Assembly (NCBI GenBank): GCA_013239625.1
Contig: MU053994.1
Location: 933,775-997,774, forward strand
Length of the DNA stretch: 64,000 bases
DNA from: Lama guanicoe
Taxonomy: Eukaryota
Direction: 5' to 3'
Of this stretch, positions 13,601-26,129 are shown in pieces (positions within the stretch are counted from its first letter, which is position 1; each line of letters starts with the position of its first letter). A model generated the notes under the pieces. That model worked only from the letters and a program-made list of their open reading frames with translations. It ran no database searches and was not told the DNA's origin. The position numbers were made by a program, and so were the translations under genes.

Positions 13601-14067
13601 TTTATTAGTTTCCCGTGGCAGCTGTAACAAAGTACCCCAAAACGTGTGGCTTAAAATAATTCTTAAAATGTATTTTCTCACAGTTCTGGAGGCCAAAAGT
13701 CTGAAATCAAAGTGTCAGCAGGGCCATGCTCCCTCTGAGACTGGGCGCAATCCTTCTTTGCCTCTTCTTAGCTTCCAGTGGTGACAGTCAATTCTTGGCT
13801 GTCTTTGGCTTACAGTTACAATATTTCCATCAGTCACACGGCTTCTCCCCTGTGTGTCTCTGTGCCTTCACATAGCCCCCTCCCCGGGTCTTTTCTTCTT
13901 TTAAGGACACCAGTCATACTGGATGAAGGGCTCACCCTACTCCAGTATGACCTCCTCTTTAATAATTACATCGGCAACAACACTATTTCCAAATAAGGTC
14001 ACATTCGGAGGTAATGGGGTTAGGGCTTTAACATGTCGTTTGAAGCAACACAATTCAATCCATGACA
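13601..14067 (-). mobile_element. MLT1 (MLT1C-like) solo LTR
   Basis: ctcacagttctggaggccaaaagtctgaaatcaa...tatttccaaataaggtcacatt...cacaattcaatccatgaca. Confidence 0.85.
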
Positions 14068-14069
14068 AA

Positions 14070-14875
14070 ATGCCGGACATTGTTGTGCATCTGAACGCCC
14101 TGGGGATCTTGTTAACATAGGCTTGGGGTGAGGCCCGAGGCTCTGCATTTTCAATAAGTTCTCCCAGAGGATGTCAGGGCTGCTAGTTCACTGACAGTGT
14201 GGCTGACTTGTTTCAGTTTTAGCAATAAAAATCCAGAGTTAAAGGAAATCATTCAGTCCTGGGAAAACTGGCATGGTTTGTCACCCTAGCAAGGATCTAG
14301 CTGTGGCTATGTTAATTTACCCATTAATTACATTACCAAATATTCATATTTAGTTTTACATTTAAATAACTTATTTTCGCTAGAACAGCCCAAATTTTCC
14401 CCTAAAGGCTCTGGACAAACTGTGAAATGGTGAGTTAGTTGAGCTGATGGGTGCCATCTGTGAATATCATATATTAACTCATGGAACTATCTATGATGCT
14501 CAGTGGTGTCCCTGTTGGGTTGAAAAACTGAGATTTCTGACCCCTTTACAGAATAATTATGCATGGGCAAGACTTTTTGCAGCTAAGAGTACCCACTGGG
14601 TTTGAAGTTTTCAGTATCCTTTTCTTGCTGCTGCCCAGGGAGTATAAAAGTGAAGAAAGCTCCTTTCTGAAGTTGGGTTTAAGCTCATTGCACTTGGGAC
14701 AGTGTTCCTCAACTCTTGATTCCTATTAGGACCACCTGAAGAACTTTAAAACCTGCTGAGCCCTCAACCCCAAACCAATTGACTCAGGCTACCTGAGATT
14801 GGGCACAGGCAGTCATAGCTTTGTGTGGTTTTAAGTGCTCCAGGTGATGCAAATGAGCAACCAGAGTACAGAATC
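14070..14875. mobile_element. MER5-type fragments (~14070-14190 and ~14700-14875)
   Basis: cctggggatcttgttaa...ctctgcatttt; cagtgttcctcaact...gctccaggtgatgcaaatgagcaacca. Confidence 0.6.
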
Positions 14876-15319
14876 ATTGTACAAGGTCTTCCTTTCGAAG
14901 GGAAACCTTGCCAATCTGTTCCTAATCTTTTTCCACCTGCACCCATATTTCTCTCCACTCCCCTCTATGACCACATACCTCTTTGTTATGGTTGATCATT
15001 ACCTTAAGCAAGTCCTCCTCTTCCTCATATTTGTGTCCTGTTTATACAATGGCCTTACTGACCTGAGACCATGTACAACCCATTGGCGGTAATAATTACT
15101 CCTGCAAGTGACCTTGGCAAGGCTTTCCTCAAGCTTTATTGACTCTGTTTTTCACGCTTTCACAAAAGCTATCCTTAACATCATCCACAGTCGAGTTGGC
15201 CGGGGATAGTGTTGCTGTTTTAACTGCAGAGCCTCTCAGGAATCAGGCTAAATCTCCCAAAGAATCTGTACTGTGTGTTCCTCTCCAAACCAGCCACAGA
15301 AAATCTGGGTGGAGTGTAC

Positions 15320-15885
15320 TTTTTTTATTGGAATATAATTCACGTGCCATAAAATTCACCCTTTTAAAGCGTCCAACTCAGTAGTTTTTAGTATAGTCAC
15401 AAAATTGGGCAACCATCACCACAATCTAATTCCAGAACATTTTTGTCACTCCCAAAAGAAACCCCCCACTCATTAACAGTCACTCCTCATTCCTGCTGCC
15501 CCTTGCAACCACTAACCTGTCTCTAGGGATCTATTCTGGATGGAACATTCACTGTGTGGTCTTTTGTATCTGGCTTCTTTCACATAGCATATTTTCAGGG
15601 TTCATACATGTTATAGCGTGTATCAGTACTTCATCTTTTTTGTGGCCAAAGAATTTTCCATTGAATGAATGCATTACATCATGTTCACCCATTTATAATT
15701 GATGGACGTTGGGGTTGTTTCTGCTTTTTGGCTATGGTAAATGGTGCTGCTATGAACATTCATGGACAGGCTTTTGTGTGAACATAATGTTTTTACTTCT
15801 CTTGGGTCTATACCTAGGAGTGGAATCACTGGGTCATATGGTAACTCTATGTTTAGCTTTTTGAGGAACTTCTGAATTGTTTTTG
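15320..15885 (-). mobile_element. L1MB-type 3' end
   Basis: tttattggaatataattcac...ataaaattcacccttttaaag; tacctaggagtggaatcactgggtcatatggtaactctatg. Confidence 0.85.
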
Positions 15886-16499
15886 AACATTATTTTTTGA
15901 CCTTGATACAGTTCTCTTTCCTGAGTGTGAGGTGGTCTGTACTTGTGAGGGTGGGAAAAATGATCCGCAGGGACTTAAAACTTTTTTTTCTGTTATCTGT
16001 TATTCATTTTATGTACAGAAAGAATGGTACCTTCATATAGAAACTTCCTGTCATTCAGCTGCATGATTTCAAAATGTGAGGAAATCTAAAACATGGAGCT
16101 CCCGTGGTGGCAAGGATTTGGGGTGTCTGAGCGCTCGGTTTCCTGACCAGCCTTCCAGCTGTATCTCTGGCCACCTGTCACAGTCTGTTACTGGCACAGA
16201 CAAGGCCCGCTTATTCCAAGGACATGACTACTGGGCCACTTCCATCTCAGAAGGCCTGGTGGGGCGTCCAAATGCAGAAATCTGATTGCTTTTCGGGGAT
16301 ACCAGTAAGCCAGGTGCAGACAAGCCTGCAAATGGAAAGCGTACTATGTACAAAGCAGAAACTTACGTGCTGTGGCGGCCTGGAAGAGGCCCTGACCTTC
16401 GACCCGGCCTCCAGGTTCTCCCACTCCCTCGCGGCTGCCCGGCCCGCTCCTCGTCTGGAGGGCTGAGCCTACGCGGGCTCGCCGGGCGAGCGGCCTTCT

Positions 16500-16510
16500 G
16501 AGCATGCGCA
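16500..16510. promoter_or_regulatory. NRF1-like motif
   Basis: gagcatgcgca is a near match to the GCGCATGCGC palindrome. A second weaker match (cgcctgcgcgc) lies at ~16576-16586. Confidence 0.45.
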
Positions 16511-16610
16511 GTCGCTGCTGGCCGGTTCCTAAAGCGGGCGCTCCGCGAGGGCGCGCTCCGGCACGCGCAACGTCTCGCCTGCGCGCGCACGGGGCCTCTC
16601 GCGGCACGAG

Positions 16611-16636
16611 CCCCCGCCCCGCCCCGCCCCGCCCCC
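16611..16636 (-). promoter_or_regulatory. Four tandem overlapping Sp1/KLF GC boxes, (CCCCG)4
   Basis: cccccgccccgccccgccccgccccc, ending 30 bp upstream of the ATG. Confidence 0.75.
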
Positions 16637-16665
16637 TCCAGCCGCCGCCGCCGGAGCTCTGTAGT

Positions 16666-16746
16666 ATGGCATCGAGGAGAATGGAGACCAAACCTGTGAT
16701 AACCTGTCTCAAAACCCTTCTCATCATCTACTCCTTCGTCTTCTGG
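16666..16746 (+). CDS. TSPAN7: Tetraspanin-7 coding exon 1 (N-terminal cytoplasmic tail and start of TM1); partial CDS, the rest lies beyond the window
   Basis: Translates to MASRRMETKPVITCLKTLLIIYSFVFW, which I recognise as the TSPAN7 N-terminus. Strong Kozak context (agtATGg). Ends at a phase-0 canonical donor TGG|GTGAGT. Lies inside a CpG island. Confidence 0.97.
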
Positions 16747-17579
16747 GTGAGTGGCCACGCCGGACCGGTGGCCGGGGCGCCGTCCGTCCGTCCATGTAGT
16801 GATGCTCCGGGAAGGGAAGGGGGAGGGAAAAAAACCAAACCAAAAATCAAATCTCGGTCCCCTCCTGAAGAAGACAGGCGCAGGGTGCTGGGCCAGGGCT
16901 GCACGATGGCGGGTTGCAGGCTTGGGGCTGCTCGGACTCTGGACCCTGCGCGGCTCAGGGTGCAGGGGGCTGCGTGGTGGCGGTGACTGCAGGTTGTCGA
17001 CCTTTCTAAAATATTTTTAATACATTGATTTATTTTTTTAAGCTCGCGAGTTAGGGTCAACCTCTTGGGAAAGTTGCGGATTTATTCGTCTGTTTTCCTC
17101 TCTGGACACCTCTCCCCATCTTTCCTTACCAGCCTGTTCTCCATGCCTCTTGGAGATAACCTGTGGCCGGCTGGGAGCAGGCGCGAGAGCGCAGGGGTTG
17201 ATTCCAGATTCCCAGTTATTCCTGACCCCTTGGGGCTGCGGGAGGCAGGCGCCAGGAGCCCTGCCTGGCTGGGCAAGGGCGACCAAAGGCCCCGAAGCAC
17301 ACGGATCGGGGGGCGGGCGGAGACGCACGGAGGGGAAAGGGTCTTACATAAACCAGGGGCATCTTTGAGCTTTCTTGGCGACCCAGGAGATGGTGCTTAA
17401 CGGCCCTTTTCCCACTCCCCTCCACCCTTACACTCATCTGGTCTTTTTCTCATTGCGTGAACCCAGCCCGCAGAGCCCTGCGGGAGGACCCCCGCCACTC
17501 GGTGACGGCAATAGCGCCCCAACTCTACTCCTCATCTAACTGGTGCTGCTACGGGTCCTTGAAGCTCAATGCAGAAGGG

Positions 17580-17587
17580 TGACGTCA
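17580..17587. promoter_or_regulatory. Full palindromic CRE (CREB/ATF site)
   Basis: TGACGTCA at the 3' edge of the CpG island, in intron 1. Confidence 0.6.
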
Positions 17588-18954
17588 GCCCCTCAGCTGA
17601 AGCCTCGAGGGGCTGCATGGTGCACCTCGCGGAGCGATGCGCCTTTCTGCGCGCGGGAGGAGGAGGGGGGCGCTCCAGGCTTGTGCCTTACCTCATCCTG
17701 TTTGGCAATTCGTGGAATCAGTGCAGGGCTGACACTGCAGTGATTCACTTGAAGTGGGTGGTACCTAAAGACCATTCCCCGTTATTTCTCTTTCCATGTA
17801 GACGACTTCCTTCTCCCAAGTCCCCCTTTCCCACACTAAGCCACAGCTACCCCGCAGAAGAATGAATGTGTGTCATTACCCCCTCACCCCCCAAATAATC
17901 TGGGTTTTCAGCTTTTAAGGCAGTCATTTTGAAACCTGAGGCTCTGCAGAAAAAACCAATCCCGTCTTTGGTTGTTCCCCCCTCCCCATTAGCCCTAATT
18001 TTGGCTTGAAACTGAGGCACAGTGCTTTATGAGGTACCCAGACTCGGCTTAATGGTGAACCAGGCTGTTTGTAATGACCAAGGCAGGAAATGAGGTTTAT
18101 TAAGGATGGAAAAAAAAATCCCTAATGCCCCCTCCCCCGCCTCCGCGAACATTCCTTGTCACGGGCACTGGTGATTCTTCAGGTCTGGAAACTGGACTCT
18201 GGGGACCAGGCATACCAAGAACTCTGCAATGAGATAAGATAAATTAACTGGTATATCACACAGGGCAAACACAGAAATGGACTTTATTTGGATTGAAAAT
18301 GATGCAGGTTGAAAAATCTCAGTAGTGGAATTGTGAGCTCTGTACAGATCATATATTATGTTCTTCTTACCGAAAACAATAATGCATCCTGGTTGCTGAA
18401 ACTTCCCAGTAGCCATTCCTGGGAACTGGTTTTGTTTTTTATTTGTTTCCTTAAATCTCTTTGTGTTTGGCCTTTTAGTATTTACTAGACTTCCTATTTG
18501 TTACTGGAGTAAATCATATATGGGTAATTATATTTAGTTTTCTGAAAAATCTTTCAGCATCACTGCAGGCTGGTAAAAAAGGGAGTCTTTTGGACCAAGG
18601 CTTTTCATATGAGCTCTTTAACCTCCCCCGCCAACACAAACACCCCATGCATCTAATTACTTAATGCCCCCTAATGCATCTTAACCACTGAATTTTATGT
18701 CCTCTGAAGTTCCCTTGGTGCCTGCATTTTACGTTTTTCCTACTTTTAAGATTTGTCTAGTTTTAAATAAAATTATAGCGTGCTAAACAAAATGAAGCAT
18801 TTTTCAGTCGTTTCAGTCAAATAGCATTCAGTAATCATTTCATACTTCACAACCAAAGAATGAGATGTCTTCAGATGCAAGGGTATTTTAAGTAAGACAT
18901 TTTCATTAATAAGCCATGGTCCACATGCTGTATTTTCCATTGTACCTTAAATGC

Positions 18955-20045
18955 TTTTTTTTTCTTTTAAAAACAGCTTTATTGAGATATAATTCACTAA
19001 CATATAACTCACTCTTTTTAAAGTGTACAATTCAGTGGTTTTTAGTATATTTGCAGATATGTGCAACCATCACCCCAGTCAATTTTAGAACATTTTCATT
19101 ACCTGAAGAAGAAACCCCATACCCTTTAGCTATCATTCCCCTTTCCCCTCCAACAACCCCCACCACCCTAAGCAATCACTAATTACTTTCTGTCTCTGAA
19201 GATTTCCCTTTTCTGGACATCTCATTTAAATGAAATCATATAGTATGTCGTCTTTCATGAATGGCTGCTTTTACTTAGCAAAATATTTTCAAAATTCGTC
19301 CATGTTTATTCCTTTTTCTGGCCAAATAACGCTCCATCGTATGGAGCATTATATCACATTTTGTTCACTCATTTGTCCACTGATAGACGTTTGGGTTGTT
19401 CCTATCTTTTGACTGTTATGAATAGCAGTGCTATAAACATTTATGTACAAGTTTTTGTGTGAACATAAGTTTCCATTTCTCTTGGGTAGATACCTAGGAT
19501 TGGAATTGCTAGGTCACGTGGTAACTCTGTGATTAATCATTTGAAGAACTGCCATACAGATGGCACCATTTTACATTTCTTCCAGCAGCATATGAAGATT
19601 TTCATTTCTCCACATCCTCACTAGCATTTGTTATTACCTGACTTTTTGATTCTAGCCATTCTAGTAGGTATCTCCTTGTGGTTTTGATTTGAATTTCCCT
19701 GATGAGTAATGATGTCGAGCATCTTTTTAATGTGTTTATTGGTCATTTGCATATCTTCCTTGAAGAAATGTCTATTCATATCCTTTGCCCTTTTAAAAAT
19801 TGGGGTTATTCTTTTTTATTATTGAGTGGTATGTGCCCTTTATTAATTCAAGTCTCTTATCAGATATAGCATTTGCAAATATTTTCTCCTATTTGGTGGG
19901 TTGTTTTTTCACTTTCTTGATGGTGTCCTTTGAAATACAACAGTTTTTTATTTTGATAAAATCCAGTTTAGCTATGTTTGTTTTGTTGCTTGTGCTTTTG
20001 GTGTCATAGCTAAGAATTCTTTGCCAAATCCAAGATCATGAAGAA
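18955..20045 (-). mobile_element. L1MB-type 3' end
   Basis: cagctttattgagatataattcac...aagtgtacaattcagtggtttttag; aaatgtctattcatatcctttgccc. Confidence 0.88.
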
Positions 20046-20389
20046 AATACTGTCTATAAGAATCATTTACCAATTCAGTAAATGCAGTTGATAAATTTAT
20101 CTTTCTCTAGCACCTAAAACTGTCTGGCACATAGTAGGTACTCACATATTTGTCATAACCTCTGAAGTTATGTCAGGTAACTAACAAAAAGGATGATCTT
20201 AGTGTGCTTTTGACTGGAAGATGGAGGAAAGATTAGGCAGAATTTTTTCCTCAGGTTCTCTGTGAATCATTTTAATGGTACTATTTCTCTTCTCTTACCT
20301 TGATTTAGATTTAGGACCAGAAGACATTTGAGCTTAAAATGGTGGTAGACTAGTAGCATCAAGAATTTTTCTGTCTCTTCTTCTCTCCC

Positions 20390-21682
20390 AGGTTTTCTTA
20401 TTCTTGTTGCTGTTGAGAAATCACATGTTATTTTGATTCTTCTTAAATTCTGCTTCTCTTCTCTGAAAGCTTCTGGAATCTCTTTCTTGTTCTTAGTGCT
20501 CTGAAATTTCACAATTGCTATATGTCTGTTTTTATCTCTTTCCTGTGCACCCTTTCAATCTGCAAACTCAGGTCCTTCTGTCTGGGGAAGTTTTCTTGAA
20601 CTGTTTTCTTGTTTGTTTGTTTTTTTGTTTATTTTGTTTTAAATTTATTTCCCTTCATTTTCTCTGTTCTCTTTCGCTGTTGGACCTCTTAGATCATCTA
20701 ATTATTCCCCTTCTATTTTCTAATTCTCTTTGTCTTTTTGTTCTACTTTCTGGGAGATCTCTCACTTTACCTTGCCTGCTACTACGTTTTTTCATCTGTT
20801 TTATACATTGATTTCTAGGAGCTCTCTGTTGGAGTCTTTCTTTTTCTAGCACCCTGCTCTTGTTTCATAAATGTGGTATCATTTTAAAACCCCTCTGACA
20901 ATATTAATGATTTTTTTTAAAGTTTGCTTCTTTCTGCATAGTTTCCTCCAAGCTTTTCTGTTTTCTGGCATATTACAGATTTACCTCAAATTTCTGCTAA
21001 CCATTTGCTCTCTGTTCTATATATGTTTAAGAGTAGAGCACTGAAAATGCTGATTGGAAGCTCTTAGCATGAAGTAGGAGTTTGTTGATTGTAAGTTGAG
21101 TTTTGGGACCAAAGTCCGTCTCTTTAGGTCTTTTCCTTTGGTCTAATGAGATTTCCTATAGAAGAATCTCCCAATCTTCTCTCTGGATGAATAAGGTTAG
21201 GGATATGGGTGTCTCCACATGTAATATATAAACCCTTGTTTAAGCTCCTGTTTCAAGTGTAGAATCCAATGTTCACTGTGCTTTTGTCCCCCAGTTCAGT
21301 TCACCCTCCCTAGAAAGTGAACCCATGCTGGAATGGGGGAGAAGGCAGAGACTAGAAGTTGGGAGGGATCTAATTGCTTTTCATAAAGCTTTTTTTACCA
21401 GATTCTCCTTATTTTAGCCCCCTTTCATCCCTAGTTCCAGGAGTGCATGGAGCTGCCTTCTGGGGGGTGCTTGTGTGCAAATATTTTATTCTTGGCTTTT
21501 CTCACAGCTGCCATAGGATTTGGCTTTTTCTCAGCTTCCAAAATGTCATTGTGGTTGTCTCCTCTTCCATTCTCTTTGTTATTGTGGATTAAAAAAATCC
21601 TTTTAGTGTCATTTCAGTGGAGTTTTGGGAGATAGCCAAGGTAAATGGATGTGTTCAATTCATCATATTTAACTGGAAGTCC
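20390..21682 (-). mobile_element. Ancient L1M(E)-type 5' region (5'UTR/ORF1 remnant)
   Basis: T-rich sequence with gttgctgttgagaaatc; colinear with 58230-59840. Confidence 0.55.
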
Positions 21683-22999
21683 TTTATATCTGTATCTCTA
21701 CATTGCATGGTACTAATTAAATAGGTAGTTGATTGTGAGTGATTGAATAGAGCATCTAAGATGGCAATAGTTGGGTTATTCTAATAGATATTGGTATCTA
21801 CTTTTCAATTTTTAAAAAGCTTTTGAATGTTGAGGGGAGCGTTCCCGGTTGGAACAGGCTTACTGAAGCACATCCTCTTTTAAGTTCATCTGGTCATCAG
21901 GGACTGAAGTTGGACAAATGGGAATGAAGCTCTGAAGGTTGCTGCTGTTTTTTCTGCTCATCTAATTTCTTCCCACCAGGTGTGAAGGCCCGTGTGTCTT
22001 CTAATCTGATGCAGACCTTGCTGGATTAATTTCACGTGGAAGCAGCAGAGATCAAAGTATGGTGGGGTGTAGGGCGCTTGATGTTAAATGGGTCATTGCT
22101 CTGCTGTTTTCTGTTACTACGATGATAACCCTTCATGTTTATTACAGGACTTGTGCATTATAACCTGAAGAGTTTTTCCTTATTTAATCAACTTTACTTC
22201 TTCTGTGCAATATGCAGTTAGGATATGTGCACTACCTTTTATAGCATTTGGGGAACATTAAGTCTTTTCCACTCAATAGTTGCTTAGAAACTAGCTGAAC
22301 TTTTACCCAGATAGAATGAAATACTTTTCTCAATTTTAATTATAGCTAGAGTTCTTGATTTGACCCTACCGTGAGCTACATTACTTATGATTCATTGACT
22401 GTTCAGCGTTATGTAGTTTTAAGCAAGCACCTCAGAAGGTGACAGTGTTTCTTTGTTTAAACATGTAAAACCTTTGACATAGGTGACTAATGCACTGCTA
22501 AAGCAATTTGAAGTGCACTTTAAAAATATGTTCTTATGTCTTTTTCTCCTTTGGACCCATTTTAGCAGCTTCCAATTTGGGTTATCTCCTCATGACAAGC
22601 AGATCAGTGGATTGCTGCTTTTAAATGTTTTTTTTTTTGGCTGTTATCCCACTTGCCTTGACAGAATGCTTTTCATTCTTGGCTGAACACTTTTGTCCCC
22701 TTTTATATAGAGCCCCCATATTCATCAAGAAAAAGACACAGGGGAGAGGGGAGACAGAGGGTTTTTCTTTGTCTTGTTTTCCCTTTGGTTTCTCGATCAC
22801 GTGAACATGTAAGCCTGTGAAATAATTCGGTGAGAATTAAGGATCACAATTCTACTGTGGAAGATTTTCTTTGTGCTTCCTTTAAGGTATGATAGGCTTT
22901 TTCATCATCATTTATTTTAGGAGAGCTTGCAGTTGCCTTGTACTAGAAGATGGAGTGGGTCAGTTGCAGGTACTAGGTGAAAAATCTAGATCCATGATT

Positions 23000-23525
23000 C
23001 TCCACCCTGTTTGCCCATCAGGATTGCCTAAGGAGTGCTAAAATACTATGTGCTTAGACCTCACCCCGAGAGATTCTGATTCAGTTGGCCTGGAGGAGGG
23101 TGCCAGCATTCATAGTTTTAGAATCATCTCCCAGGTGATTCAGCTGTGCAGGTAGAATTGTGAACCGCTGATTCAGAGAACTCAGTATACGACAGCAGGA
23201 GCAGGCCTGGTCCATCTTGTGTCTCTTGGATCTGGAGATAGCTAGGGAATATCTAGCCATTGAGTATCTAGCATTGGCCTGTTGATTGCGTCTGCTTTGC
23301 TGAAAAGTCTGAGGCTAGGTCTCCAGGGTCTCTTAGTGAACCAAAACGGCCTTGTCATTCCTAGGAGAACTTGCTCGTCATTGACTAGAGGAGTGCTCAT
23401 TAGAATCACTAAGGGGCTTTTAAAAACACAGATGTTTGGTCCTAGCTCATGATGTTTCAATTTTAATTGATCTGGAGAGGGGCCTGGGTATGTATTTTTT
23501 TAAACCATTCCCAAGATGATTCTCA
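23000..23525. mobile_element. Two MER5A-like elements (~23000-23175 and ~23385-23525)
   Basis: ctcaccccgagagattctgattcagttggcctgg; ttagaatcactaaggggcttttaaaaacacagatg. Confidence 0.7.
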
Positions 23526-24659
23526 TTCCTCGGATGTGACTCTGGTCTGCGATGCAGTTTGTTATAAATACTTACCATATGAATGCTTTCCTGTAGTGAT
23601 CTGTAGTACCATAAAGCTAGTTTGAGGAGAAGGTTCTACAAGCAATATATAGGCAATCCAGTATTTTTATCACCCAATGAACTAGTCTCTGCCAAGTGTC
23701 TGCAATTGAATTCTTAGAGTTTACAGTCGTTTCCATTCTTTAGGGGGAATGTATTTGTTTATGGTTGTACTGAAAAGTGGGGAAGAGGCTTGCTTTGCCC
23801 TCTGTCAAAAGATTAGACTGTCATCCAATATGTAAAACAAAAATCTGGAATTCTTTACTTACCACAGGGAGAACTGTACTAGCCAAGCACGGTTTATGAG
23901 TGAATTTCTGATCTTTTGGGCAAGTGTGGTGGTGTTTGATGGTTGCTTTGGTTACAGAGGCAGGAGTGGCTGACCCTGGCCCTAGAACCATGGCTATTTG
24001 GGTGAGACTTGTTTGCCTCTGAGAAGCAGTCACCGCAGTGCATCTGCTGCTGATTGGTTGACCTTGAATTGTGTGAGGCTGTCATTGTAATTAGCCAGAA
24101 GTATGTTTCCTGAAACTAGTTGAGTTGTTGATGATTAGAGGTGAATTGCCACTGATCAAATAGGTTTAGAAGTGGGTGGTGGTGGTTACTAGTTGCCATG
24201 CCTATTGAATAATCAGTCTTCTTCCCCCCACCAATGTAGGGACTTTTATTTTTGCCTCAGACTACCAATGCTTGTTTCTTAGTGAATTGACATTGCCTCT
24301 GTGCCTCAATTCCCATTCTTCAAACATAATCATAATGATGTATAGAATTCCTGGGTCAGTTCCTTGTTCTCATCGTTCCACAGACAGTATTTGAGAGTTT
24401 ATGATTTCTAGGGAATGTGTTAGGACTTCTCAAAGACCTTAGGTTGAAAAGGAACCCAAAGCTTGATAATGCAGCTGGGTGGTAAATGTTCCTAAACATC
24501 CCTTCCACATCCTCATCTCTACTTGTGTTCAATTTCTATTTCTGATGGAGCTTTTCAAGATTTCTTTCTTCTTCCAATTTCTGCTTCATATTCTAAACTG
24601 TATCACTCTCTTGGTGTTCTTTTAGCTATTGCCTTCTATTGCAGGGGATTTAAAACTAG

Positions 24660-24805
24660 TCCCGTGTGTAGTCTTGGCTTGGACATTTGCTGTGTGACCT
24701 TAGGCAAGTCACATGCTCTCTCTGGGCCTCAGTTTCCTCTTCAGAATAGAAGATATCTGCCTCAGTCAAGTAGTGAAAGTTAAATGACATTCAAGTGCTT
24801 TGTAA
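24660..24805. mobile_element. MIR
   Basis: gctgtgtgaccttaggcaagtcac...ctctgggcctcagtttcctc. Confidence 0.8.
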
Positions 24806-25089
24806 TGTGTCTCATATATTTTGGCAGCATTATTTCTTATAGCATAGAGTGTTGCTTCTTAATTTCTTGCATATGGGAGGTATTGTGTTAATATTTGTTA
24901 AATGAATAAGTTGATCAGAACACTCCCTATCCTGGAAATTAAGGATTATTAACTTCTTAGGTTTTATAGATTGCTACCAAAGAGAGCTGGGATTCCAGAA
25001 GAGTTTGAGTGGAAACCAAAAACATAATGAATTTAGGTCGCTGAATTTAGCCCTGTCACTGGGATAAGGATATTCCTATTTAGAGTAAA

Positions 25090-25279
25090 TGAATATAAAC
25101 TTGTCATTTAAAATTTATAAAATAAATAAGCTGCAAGGATATATTGTACAACATAGAGAATATAGCCAATATTTTATAATAACTATAAATGGAGTATGAC
25201 CTTTAAAAATTGTGACTCACTATGCTGTACAACTGTAACTTATATAATATTGTACATCAGCTATATTTCAGCTAAAAAA
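25090..25279 (+). mobile_element. Short L1 3' end (laurasiatherian type)
   Basis: ggatatattgtacaacatagagaatatagccaatattttataataactataaatggag. Confidence 0.75.
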
Positions 25280-25309
25280 TCAAATGAGAAATTGATGACT
25301 CCTTATTCT

Positions 25310-25955
25310 TTTTTAAAATAAACTTTTAATTTTAGAACAGACAAATTATGGAGATAGTACATAGAGTTCCCATATACCACACAGTTTGTCCTATTATTCA
25401 CATCCTACAGCAGTATGGTACATTTATATGTTGCAGTTAATGAACCAAGATTGATTCACTATTAACTGAAGTCCATACTTCATTCAGATTTTCTGAGTTT
25501 TTACCTAATATCCCATTCAGGCTACCATATTATGTTTGGTAGTCATTTCTCCTTAGACTTCATCTGGCTATGACCGTTCCTCAGACTTCCCTTGTTTTTG
25601 ATGACTTTGACAGTTTTGAAGAGTCATGTACTTTGTACAAATGTCCCTCAATTGTGATTTGTATGATTTTTTTTCTCATGATTAGACAAGGGTTATATGT
25701 TTGGGGAGGAAGATCAAAGGGGTTAAGTGACATTTTCCTCCCATCATCTGAACAGTACATGCTATCAGCATGACTTATCACTGTTGATACTGACCTTGGT
25801 TACTTGGCTGAGATAATTTGTCAGATTTCTCACTGTAAAGTTACTCTTTTTCCCCATTTCCATACTGTACCCTTTGGAAGTAAGCCACAATGCCTAGCTC
25901 ACACTTAAGGAGTGGGGAGTTATGCTCTACTTCCTTGAGGGTGGAGTATCCACTA
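25310..25955 (-). mobile_element. L1MC/MD-type 3' end
   Basis: atagtacatagagttcccatatac, cagacttcccttgtttttgatgac, ttaaggagtggggagttatgctc. Confidence 0.75.
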
Positions 25956-26129
25956 TTATTTTTTTTTATTAGTTGAGATGATTTCCATTCAACAGTTGTT
26001 AAAACCAACAGTAAATATTTGTTCAAGTAGTGTAATACTAGAAACATTTGAATCAGTTGGGAACTAGACGGGGATTTTTGGTTACCATTATTATTTGTGG
26101 TTTTGGTTGATCTACAAATGTAATAAGAC

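Larger units (their letters stand above)
16365..17680. promoter_or_regulatory. CpG island / TATA-less TSPAN7 promoter
   Basis: Abrupt rise in GC and CpG content against AT-rich, CpG-depleted flanks. Spans exon 1 and proximal intron 1. Confidence 0.93.

Noticed and set aside
16747..16986. Continuation of the exon 1 ORF (VSGHAGP...)
   Set aside because: Read-through past a consensus GTGAGT donor into GC-rich intron; no tetraspanin similarity.
17505..17530. CTCF-like core (tagcgcccc)
   Set aside because: Only a partial match to the consensus by eye; cannot be supported without a PWM scan.
16224..17865. Many overlapping Arg/Gly/Pro-rich ORFs on both strands
   Set aside because: Expected from stop-codon scarcity in a CpG island; no recognisable domains.
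22797..22804. TCACGTGA E-box (USF/MiT-TFE type)
   Set aside because: An isolated 8-mer outside the island; compatible with chance in 64 kb.
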